Assembly (NCBI GenBank): GCA_951406725.2
Contig: OX597826.1
Span: 23,684,001 to 23,748,000 of the forward strand
DNA from: Octopus vulgaris
Lineage: Eukaryota
Reading direction: 5' to 3'
Length of the DNA: 64,000 bases
Below the pieces are notes generated by a model. The model searched no databases. It was not told where the DNA came from and saw nothing but the letters and a program-made list of their open reading frames with translations. The stretch's first letter is position 1. Every line of letters begins with the position of its first letter. Below are positions 49,176-60,204 of the stretch, piece after piece. A program made the translations under genes and the position numbers.

Positions 49176-50314
49176 AACTGACAACACTGCCTGTATGACA
49201 GTGATGCTCATTTACAGCTATTACATGATTTTAAGAGAAGGCCACACACACAATATTCTTTCTTAATCGAAGACAGCAAGGTGTGATTTGAAGGATATTT
49301 AGCTGCTGTTACTAGTAGGTCGAGCAAGTATTTATAACTCCAATGTAGTGATGCTAATATTGGTGTTGAAGACAAGAATCAAAATATTCATTAATTTAAT
49401 TACTCAGAGAACCATCACATGCAAATAAACTTCAAGTGTGCTTCATTAAATTGGAAAATATACAATTGAACAATTTTCAATAATTTCAAAAATTCTTCGC
49501 TTTAATGAGATCTACCTAGACGTAACTAAATGTCAAGGCCTGCTATTGTTGCTGCTGCTTGGCCATGACCACCTCTTTACTGTCAACAATAATGCTACAG
49601 CAGTCATCACCACTAATACCATCGCTATCAGTACCATTTCCATGGCCACTGCCATTGCCACCACCGCCACTAATAGCATTGCCATCACCACTGCCACCGT
49701 CACTATCTCCACCACCACTGTGTAAACAACACTACATCCTTACCATTAACTATATACCATTTCCATAACTGCCTGCCTCTTCTACTCCTACCACTACCAC
49801 CAGACACATCCCTCCTCCTACCGGCCCTTCTATGCTTATTGTTCATCTTGTTAGAAATAGCAGCCAAGTGTCCCTGTCTAATTAATGTGTAGATAACAGA
49901 TGTGGTGGCCATGGCTGGAATTTCTTTGGTCATCATAGGCTTATTCAGTCAGGGCTGAGTTGGCAGGGGTTAAAATACATGATCATCACATTGCCAACAT
50001 CACTGTCACCGCCAACACCACCATCTTCATATCAACTACCACCACCTCCAGAATCACATCTTTCAACAACTACTACCACCACCACTGTCATCTTCATACC
50101 AACTATCACCATCATCACCATCCCATCCATCACCACCACCACTATCTCATCCACCACCATAATTGTTGTTTGAAATTCAAAATCAAATTTCAGGATGAGC
50201 AGGCTGTATTTTTATACCCAGTTAACATTTCCTAAAACTAACCATTTTAGTGTTTAATTAACTGTACTAATGACATGTTTAGCTTACCACAATACATAGA
50301 CAAGGCACAGAGAG

Positions 50315-50360
<46 letters not shown>

Positions 50361-50937
50361 GGAGGACAGAGAGACTGTGTGCAATCCTTCTTCCTCTCCT
50401 CATATTACTCCTCCTCCGACACCGCCACTGTTGCTGACATCACAACAGCAAGAGAGTCGCCATGCATCCTGCAATTAGCGATTGTGGGTACCGAAGACAA
50501 TGATGTGATGATTATAGTGATGGTGGTTGTGATAAGGATGGTGGTGGTTGTGATGATGATGATGTTGATAGTGATGATGATACTGGTGATGAAGATGATG
50601 ATAGTGTTGATGGTAGTGATTGCTTTCTTTCTTTCTTAATAATATCTTTTATTGGTTGCAAGGACCGAAGATTTTGGGGAAAGTACAAAGATAAGATACA
50701 AAAACAATATAAAAAAGACAGTAGGGGATGGGATTTATATTGAGTTAAGAGGCAGAATTAACAATATATTTAAAGAAGAACAACCTGTATTAGGAGATGT
50801 TGCTTGTCATTAATTTGAAAAGGGTTTGTTTTATATATCTTCGTTAATTAACGACAAAACTAGTGATAGTGAACAATTTCTGTGTGCATGCATATATTCA
50901 CAAATATACACATGCATGCACATATATATATGTGTGA

Positions 50938-50978
<41 letters not shown>

Positions 50979-51580
50979 TGCAGGAGTGGATGTAAGGTAA
51001 GAAGCTTGCTTTCCAACCACATGTTTCTGGGTTCAGTTCCACTGCGTGGCACTGTAAGCAAGTGTTTTCTTCTATAGCCTTGCGCTGACCAAAGCCTTGT
51101 GAGTGGATTTGGTAGACAGAAACTGAAAGAAGTCCGTCATGTGTATATGTGTATGACTTTGTTTTCTGTATTTGTCACCCCGTCACTGCTTGACAACTGG
51201 CATTGGTGTGTTTGTGTCCCCACCGTAACTTAACGGTGTGGCGAGGGAGTCCAATAGGACAAGTCATGGCAGTGCTCCAGCATAGCCGCAGTCAAACAAC
51301 TGAAGCATGCTGCTAGCAATTTCTTTACCTTCTTTGGACTTTCTCGCTCTCTCCTTTCTGATGCTGAGCTATGCTCAAAATGTCAAACTCTCTTTTCATC
51401 AAACATCAAGCTAATACATTCCTTGTGTCTATCCTCTTGTTTGTTATTTTCATTTGTTTATTTGATTTGACTACACACACACACACAGATAGTTGAAATT
51501 TATAGAAAAACAAAAAACAAAGACAGGTGTATGAACAACAAGCTGGTGTATTAGTTTGGTGCTTGGAAAAATGGCTAAAT

Positions 51581-51617
51581 CTTTTACGTTTCGAGCCTAC
51601 GCTCTTTCAACAGAAAG
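51581..51617 (-). ncRNA. Minimal hammerhead-like motif (A6U); a decayed inverted relative lies at 51354-51387 (+)
   Basis: Minus strand: CTTT-CTGTTGA-AA-GAGC GTAG GCTC-GAAA-CG-TA-AAAG. Plus-strand relative: TTT-CTGATGC-TGAGC TAT GCTC-AAAA-TGTC-AAA. Confidence 0.6.
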
Positions 51618-51728
51618 GAATAAGAGAAATTAAACAGAGAAAAAAAAAACATACTGATCGAGCAGTCAAGCATGGTGAATGATTATATATATATATAAAA
51701 GTTTGGATGTGTGGTGTTCAGTTACTCA

Positions 51729-52011
51729 TTAAATGAAAAATCCATTAAAGAGGAAATGCCATACATTTTGGGTAAACACAGAAGGACCCTAATTCTACAT
51801 CAGTTATCGACCGAAATAGCAATATACAGTTTCGTACCTTTCACAATCAGACTGAGAACCTCGAAGGTGCCGCCAATATGCAAAGTTCTATCTTATCATT
51901 AAAGGCATGAAACTGTGTCTTAGTATTTCTGTCAATAACTGATGAAGAATTAGAGTCCTTCTATGTCTGTCCTATGTGTACATCTTTTAGTATTTAATGC
52001 ATTTTTCATTT

Positions 52012-52013
<2 letters not shown>
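51729..52013. repeat. Imperfect fold-back element (~110-bp arms)
   Basis: TTAAATGAAAAATCCATTAAA...AGAAGGACCCTAATTCTACATCAGTTATCGAC...CAGTTTCGTACCTTT is mirrored by AAAGGCATGAAACTG...GTCAATAACTGATGAAGAATTAGAGTCCTTCT...TTTAATGCATTTTTCATTTAA. Confidence 0.75.
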
Positions 52014-52052
<39 letters not shown>

Positions 52053-52053
52053 A

Positions 52054-52125
<72 letters not shown>

Positions 52126-52200
52126 TAGTGAGTAGTTTTTGTATTGATTGAGATCCTTTTCATTACATACTATAGAAGTTGGGTGAAGTTTTGGTATGCA

Positions 52201-52800
52201 TGTATGTATATATGCATGAACATTGTCCAACCCATACCAGCATGGAAAATGGACATTAAATGATGGTAGAGTATGAATGTGTGGTTAAGAAACTGGTTTA
52301 GGTTTTGTCCTATTTTGCTGCATCTTGGAGACAGACATTTTCCACTTTAGTCCCAATATGAATAAAGCCCTATAAGTCAATTAGTTTGATGGAAGCTGAA
52401 AAACGTCCATAACATATGTATATAAACTGGAAGCTTAAAGACAAAGGGACCAGTTTTGACATCAAATGGCAAATCTTCTCAAATGTTCAGTATGTTCTCT
52501 TGTATGTATATATGCATGAACATTGTCCAACCCATACCAGCATGGAAAATGGGCATTAAATGATGGTAGAGTATGAATGTGTGGTTAAGAAACTGGTTTA
52601 GGTTTTGTCCTATTTTGCTGCATCTTGGGGACAGACATTTTCCACTTTAGTCCCAATATGAATAAAGCCCTATAAGTCAATTAGTTTGATGGAAGCTGAA
52701 AAACGTCCATAACATATGTATATAAACTGGAAGCTTAAAGACAAAGGGACCAGTTTTGACATCAAATGGCAAATCTTCTCAAATGTTCAGTATGTTCTCT
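52201..52800. repeat. 300-bp tandem duplication
   Basis: 52201-52500 versus 52501-52800; two substitutions seen. Confidence 0.95.
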
Positions 52801-52912
52801 TGAAAAACTGTATCTCTTAGCGAACTAGAGAACCTCTAAATGCATAAATTCCAGGAACGAGATTTTTTTCTGTATGTTTGCATTTCAAGAAATACATCTT
52901 GTCCGAAAATTA
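52722..52912 (+). pseudogene. Penelope GIY-YIG C-terminal remnant
   Basis: WKLKDKGTSFDIKWQIF...VCSLEKLYLL...CINSRNEIF..CLHFKKYILS matches the PLE end pattern (IW.LK...IKW.I; C..EK; N.R.E...C.H..K..L). Confidence 0.7.
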
Positions 52913-54044
52913 AAAGTAGATCATCTGACATTTAGTAAACCATTGTCTTATTTACATCTGCTTGATATTGAATTAGTGTACCATTGATTATCTCCCTTGT
53001 ATTTTTCTTTTTGTCCTTCCCAGCATCTCTTTCTTTAACATCATCTGTTCAAAACACAACTGACAAACTATCTTGTTCTCGGCTTAAAAAATGGTGAACT
53101 AAATTATTATTTTGACCACGAAACACTGGGTAGCTGTATGTAACAATATTTGTGATGTTTATAAGTATGAATGTGTATATATATATATATATCTGTTTGT
53201 GTTTGTGTTGTCTTTGTGTGTACTCTTTTCTAGACATCACATGATAGTTATAAATGAGCATCAATATCATAGAAGCAAGGATGTTCATTTCCAATCTTCC
53301 ATAAAATGTCTGGCCATGAGGAAATATTCCCTTTCTTGGAAACAGGTGTGGGTTGGTGATAGGAAAGGCATCAAGCCATAGAAAACCTGCTTCAATGAAT
53401 TCCATTTGACCCATGTAAGCATGGAAAAGTAAACATTAAAAGATGGTGATAGGTGTGTCTGTGTTTACACACATACATATTTATCTGTTTGTGTATATCA
53501 GAAATGGATGAACAAATTTAATATCAAGTTATTTCAAAAAAAAAAAAAAAGAATGCAACAAAATCTTAGGAGTATTTAGTTCCATACAGACTATGTCCCT
53601 TTCCATCAAGGTGAACTTAACCTTTTACCCTTACAAGTTCAATACAGTTAAGTACCAGACAAAGTGTGGGACTCAATTCAATCAACTAATACCACTACAA
53701 GTTGCACCTGGGCATGTGACTGCATTGAAAGCATTAAAAAAGAAACAGAAGGAAAATATAAACACTTGCACTCTTACAGTCCATTATTTTGTCAGTTAAT
53801 CATCATCTTCTCTTTTATCATCTTCTCTTTTGTATATAGGTAAACACACACTCACACATCTGTGTATTAAGTTACATTTTGATCATTTAGCACAGTATAA
53901 TTATATAGTTGCCTTTTAGTCTGTCTAGCTGCCTTATCAAATTATGTATCTATCCATTTCTCTGTTTATCTTTCTGTCTCCCTTGCTAGCTCTCTATATT
54001 GATTTAGCTAGCTACCTTTATTTACTTATCTATCTACCTACCCC

Positions 54045-54096
<52 letters not shown>

Positions 54097-54243
54097 TGTG
54101 TGTCTATGGCTACTGATCACCGTTCCTCTGTGCTGTCTGTCTCTGTCTGTTCATTTGTCTCATCTAATAAATTTAGACATGCAATCATCCACTTCATTAT
54201 GATATCTTCTGATCTATTTTGAAAGTAGATTTTATTCTTCCAG

Positions 54244-54477
54244 ACATCAAGAAAAGTGTGAAGGTGAAGAAACGTTCGACAGCCAAGAAAGCAGGTGGGT
54301 CAGTTGCTTCTGCCGTGACCACTTTGGAGAAAAACAAGGAATTAGTTGGAAATAAAGAAAGATCATCCTCACCATCTACAGAACTGTCTGATGTTCAACT
54401 TGGAATTGAAACTGGTGATTCTATTTCCTCTTCTAACAAGACAGTTCTTGCAACTGAAGCTTCTCAAAATCATGATG
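54244..54477 (+). CDS. Candidate internal exon of an unidentified host gene (234 bp, phase 1-1; Lys/Ser/Thr-rich, probably disordered)
   Basis: Acceptor TTTTATTCTTCCAG, donor ATG|GTATGA. Non-repetitive open frame (D)IKKSVKVKKRSTAKKAGGSVASAVTTLEKNKELVGNKERSSSPSTELSDVQLGIETGDSISSSNKTVLATEASQNHD(G). Length is divisible by 3. Confidence 0.7.
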
Positions 54478-54634
54478 GTATGATCATATTATTTTTTTAG
54501 TATTTTCATATAATTTATTATATGTTCTTGTAATTTATAGTATTTTCCCTTAACCCTTTCATTACCATATTTCTCTTAAAATACACTGCCTTTCTTTCAA
54601 TTGATTTTGAAAATAATGTAGAGTCTATACTATA

Positions 54635-55031
54635 GGCGTAGGAGTGGCTGTGTGGTAAGTAGCTTGCTAACCAACCACATGGTTCCAGGTTCAGTCCCAC
54701 TGCGTGGCATCTTGGGCGAGTGTCTTCTGCTATAGCCCCGGGCCAACCAATGCCTTGTGAGTGGATTTGGTAGACGGAAACTGAAAGAAGCCTGTCATAT
54801 ATATGTATATATATATGTGTGTGTGTTTGTGTTTGTCCCCCTAGCATTGCTTGACAACCGATGCTGGTGTGTTTACGTCCCCGTTACTTAGCGGTTCGGC
54901 AAAAAAGAGACCGATAGAATAAGTACTGGGCTTACAAAGAATAAGTCCCGGGGTCGATTTGCTCGACTAAAGGCGGTGCTCCAGCATGGCTGCAGTCAAA
55001 TGACTGAAACAAGTAAAAGAGTAAAAGAGAG
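54635..55031 (+). mobile_element. Full-length SINE family A (reference copy)
   Basis: tRNA-like head GGCGTAGGAGTGGCTGTGTGGTAAG...GGTTCAGTCCC, internal microsatellite, tail GGCGGTGCTCCAGCATGGCTGCAGTCAAATGACTGAAACAAGTAAAAGAGTAAAAGAG. Confidence 0.92.
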
Positions 55032-56231
55032 TATAGTAATGAAAGTTGCTTATCAATTAGTTTGGAGCATGTAACTTTTACTGAGAATAAGCAATTATTA
55101 AAGTCTTGACTGTCTAGAAAATTCATATAAATTACAGTTTTGATATATTTTTATCAAAATGCCATTTTCATGCATCTTTTATTAGAGAAAATCTTATGTA
55201 CATCAATCAGAAAACTAACATTTATTCACTGCAAACTAGCATCTTTTGACATCTTTTCTAGAAATATGAAGGTTGCCCAAATATTTGCAATACTGCTTTC
55301 TACAAATTATAAGTTTAATCCAGTGTCAGTCAAGTTATGCTGATTCTAGTACCCTTTCATATTTGTTGGGTGTTGTTGAAGAAATAGAAAGGAAAATATG
55401 AAAAGTGGTTTAAATGTACTTATATCAATTGGGCCACCCTGATTTTGTTCTTTTATAACATTCTAAAAAAGTGGATATTTGTTTCTGAAATTTACTACAA
55501 GTACATTTCAGATGGTGTAAATTACGGTCATATTGTGGTGATGGGGTTTGTGTAATTCACATTCCTCAATTTTGTAACTCATAACTTTTAGAAAAATGTT
55601 TTTTTTTTAAAATTTGGTCTATGACAATTTCTGCAAATTTAATTTAATGTGCAGCTAGGGAGAAAAGGGTGGGGTGGATTGAACATTTGGAAGAATTATT
55701 GATATTGGAAGAGTTCCTTTTCCTTGATCTGGTTTTTTTACAACTGGATCTTCTTACTATGACATCTACCCTTGTTTACCATGGGGGTTTAGTTAAAAAA
55801 AAAACAACAGACTGATGAATGACTCTTTTCTATGCACTTTGTAAATGGAACAAATAATAAATTCATTGACACCAAACTTGCAGCTCCAGACAGCAAAGCA
55901 TCCTCTGTCACACATTTTCCTGATCATCTTCATCTTTTCCTGCAGAGAAAATAACTTTTAGGTGTTGTCTTTTGGGGATCAGATTCCTTTTATCATTTTT
56001 TTCTTTTACTTGTCTCAGTCCTTTGACTGTGGGCATACTGGGGTGCTGCCTTGAGTATTAGTTGAATGAATTGACCCCAGTAATTTATTTTTAAAGCTTG
56101 GTACTTATTCTCTCGGTCTCTTTTGCTGAACTGCTAAGTTATAGAGATGTAAACACACCAACACCAGTTGTTAATCATTGGTGGGGGAACAAACTCAGAC
56201 ACAAAGACTCAAGTGGATTTTATATATATAT

Positions 56232-59200
56232 ATCATCATCATTTAGCGTCCGCTTTCCATGCAAGCATGGGTTGGACAGTTCAACTGGGGTCTGGGAAGC
56301 CAGAAGGCTGCACCAGGCCCAGTCTGATCTGGCAATGTTTCTATGGCTGGATGCCCTTCCTAACGCCAACCACTCCGTGAGTGTAGTGGGTGCTTTTTAC
56401 GTGCCACCGGCACGGAGGCCAGTCGGGGCGGCGCTGGCAACGGCCATGGTCGGGTGGTGCTTTTTACGTGCCACCGGCACAGGGCCAGACGAGGCTGGAA
56501 ACGGCCACAATTGGATGGTGCTTTTTACGTGTCACTGGCACAGAGGCCAGTCACGGCGGCGCTGGCAACGGCCACGATCGGATGGTTCGCTTACGTGCCA
56601 CCGGCACTGGTATCACAGCTGCAATTTCCATTGATGTTGATCGACTTCGATTTTGGTTCTGATTTCTCATTTCCACTTGCCTCAACTGGTCTTCACAAGT
56701 GGAGTTTTGTGTCCCAAGAAGGAAAGGTATGCATAAAGTCGACTGGCTACATCCTAGGTAGAGGCCACGGGTTTTTATCTCACTAGTCCTGCCGGGTCTT
56801 CTCACGCACAGCATACTTCCATAGGTCCCAGTCTCTAGTCATTTCCTTGGTGAGACCTAAAGTTCAAAGGTCGTGCTTCACCACCTCGTCCCAGGTTTTA
56901 CTGGGTCTACCTCTTCCACAGGTTCCCTCAACCGCTAGGGTGTGGCACTTTTTCATACAACTATCTTCAGCCATTCTCGTCACATGACCATACCAGCGCA
57001 AATGTCTCTCTTGCACACCACAACTGATGCTTCTTTGGTCCAACTTCTATCTCAAGGTACTTACACTCTGTCGAGTATGAACACTAACATTACACATCCA
57101 TCGGAGCATACTGGCTTCATTTCTTGCGAGCTTACGCATATCCTCAGCAGTCACGGCCCATGTTTCACTACCATGTAGCATGGCTGTTCGTACACATGCA
57201 TCATATAGTCTGCCTTTTACTCTGAGCGAGAGGCCTTTTGTCACCAGCAGGGGTAAGAGCTCTCTGAACTTTGCCCAAGCTATTCTTACTCTAGCAGTTA
57301 CACTTTAAGCACACCCACTTCCACTACTGACTTGGTCACCTAGGTAACGGAAGCTATCAACTACTTCTAGTTTTTCTCCCTGGAATGTGGTATAAGTTGG
57401 TCTCTGCACATTTTCAGTGTTTTTTGCTCCTGAGCATCTGCCACAAACAAAAACTATTTTCCTAGTTAGCCTTCCTTTGACATTGCTGCACCTCTTATGT
57501 GTCCATAGCTTACACTTGGTACATCTTATAGAGTTTCTACCTACACCTTTTCTACAGATCGAGCAGGGCCATCTACCTGAAGGCGTTTGTGATTTGTCTA
57601 CCTTCCTACTTATTAGGACTTTGGTTTTGGCTAGGTTGATTCTAAGGCCCTTCGATTCTAATCCTTGCTTCCACACCTGAAACTTCTCCTCCAGTTCTGA
57701 TAGTGACTCAGCAATTAGAGCAAGGTCATCAGCATAGAGGAGCTCCCAGGAGTATCCTGTCTTGAATTCCTCCGTTATTGCCTGGAAGACTATGATAAAT
57801 AGGAGGGGACTGACGACTGAACCTTGGTGGACCCCAACCTCTACTCGGAATTCTTCACTGTACTCATTGCCAACCCTCACCTTACTAGCAGCGTCTCTGT
57901 ACATAGCTCGCACAGCTCTCACTAACCATTCATCTATCCCTAGTTTCCTCATTGACCACCAGATAAGGGATCGGGGGACCCTGTCGAAGGCTTTCTCCAT
58001 GTCAACAAAAGCCAGGTACAGGGGCTTATCTTTGGCTAGGTATTTCTCCTGCAGCTGTCTTATCAGGAATATAGCATCAGTAGTACTTTTTCCTGGCACG
58101 AACCCAAACTGCATCTCATCTAAGGTAACTCTCTCTCTAATTAGTTGGGCTATAACCCTCTCCGTAACCTTCATTACCTGATCCAGCAGCTTGATACCCC
58201 TGTAGTTGTTTGTATCTAGGGCGTTACCTTTACCTTTGTAGCAGTTGACTATTATGCTGCTACACCAGTCATTGGGAATGACTCCTTTGTGTATCACCTG
58301 GTTAACTATACGGGTGACTAGGCTATAGCTGACACTACCAGATATTTTGAGCATCTCTGCAGTAATTCCTGATGGGCCTGGGGCTTTCCGTCTTCATGCT
58401 TCTAATTGCCTTAACTACTAAGGAACTGTCAACACTGATTGCTGGTCCCTCTGTTCGGTCGACATTCGGCAGACTCTCTTTATCCCATTCATTTTCTTTA
58501 TTCAGCAACCTTTCATACTGGTGTCTCCTAACCTCTCTCTTTGCATCCTCATTTAGTGCAAGTGAACCATCATCCTTGCGAACACATTTCTCTCCTATCA
58601 TGTCACAATTCTCTCTCACACATTGTCTTTGTCTTGCAACACGAAATACCTCAAGTCTTTCATCCTCACAGCGCAGAACATTGGCAAATTTTTTCTTATC
58701 TGCTTCCCCTCTGGCTAAATACACCTGCCTCCTAGCTTCCCTTCTGGCAGTCTGATACACTTCCTTGCTACCACCGTTCTTCCAGTCCTTCCAAGCCTGT
58801 TTCTTTTGTCTAATAGCCCTGTCAACAATATTGTTCCACCACCACATTATTTTGGGTCTTGAGTGGACTTTGCACCAACCACAGATCTGGTCAGTGGCTC
58901 TCAGCAGGTTGTCCCTTAGAGACCTCCAGTTGTCTTCTACCCCATGTGAAGTTATACCCCATTCTATTTCGTCAAAGGCTTCAAGTAATATGTCTCTAAA
59001 TCTCTGTCCATTTGCAGGATCTTTAAGCTTCCAGACCCTTCTTTTCCATGTTGGTCGTCTTCTAGTCATCCTCTTAGTCCTGATCCTAAAGTCACTAACT
59101 ACCAGTCTATGTTACGGGGTACATTCTTTGCCTGGGAAGGTTTTGGCATTTATAAGCAACCATCTTTCCTTTTTTCTGGCAAGGATGTAGTCGATTTGGC

Positions 59201-59990
59201 TAGTATGTTGGTCCGATCGGTAGGTGACCAGGTGGCTTGTAGGTTTCCTGAAGTTAGTGTTGCAAACCATAAGACTATTCGCATTGCAGAACTCCAGCAT
59301 CATGGTTCCCTCCTCATTGCGGGAACCATAACCGTAGCCTCCATGTACGCCATGGAAGCCCCCAGCATGTCGTCCAACATGCCCATTGAAGTCACCAGCC
59401 ACAAAGAGAAGGTCCCTGTTGTTCGTCAATGAGGTGGTCTGCAGTAGGGTGTCATAGAATCGGTCTTTCTGTCCATCGGGTAGCCCTGGCTGAGGGGCAT
59501 AGGCCGATATAATGGTTGCTAAACCATGATGAAGCACTAATCTAATCTTAAGTATTCTGTCGCATACTCTGACTACCTCGATTACCTTATCTACCCATTT
59601 TTCGGCGATGAGTATACCCACACCCCCGACCCCATCAGTGTTCCCAGCCCAGAAAATCTTGTACCTCTGTTCTTTGCCTGTGAGGAACCTAGCAGAACCT
59701 CCTCTCCACCTCACTTCTTGAATGCAGCATATATCAACACACCTCCATTCAAGCAACTCGACAATCTCGCCAGACCTGCCTTTCAGTGTGCCAACGTTGA
59801 GGGTGCCAACCCTGAGGGTGCCAACCCTGAGGGTGTGGGAGGTATTGGCCCTAGTAGCTTCATGAAGCTGAAAAGAAAACTCGCGTTTGGCAGGATTCAT
59901 AGACAAACAATAGACTTAAGTTCAAACCACGTACACTACACTATCATATTTTGCAACGTATGACCACTACCTTTTATGGAAGGGGGTGGG
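56232..59990 (-). mobile_element. Near-full-length RTE LINE (APE-linker-RT-PHD-thumb) with a few stops and frameshifts
   Basis: APE 59112-59906 (TLNVGTL, DICCIQEVRW, ISAYAPQ, AGDFNGHVG, SQIDYIL); linker 58335-59069; RT 57305-58354 (FVDMEKAFDRVPR, YADDL, PHD); C-terminus to ~56780; 3' UTR and (ATG)n tail at 56232. The 5' boundary is uncertain. Confidence 0.97.
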
Positions 59991-60204
59991 GGTGGAGTAA
60001 TATTTTGAAGTGTACATGGGAGACAACAAAGGATGAGAAAATTTAGACTTCCTGTAACGGTGGAGGGGGTGGGAGGGCGGGTGCACCAGGAAAACTAGCA
60101 GCCATGAAGGGGCGCCTCTCATTTCTTGGAAAAGGAATACATATTAGTAGGTATAAAATACCTAAATTTGAGAGAGAGATATTTTGCAGATTTATGGGAG
60201 ATGC

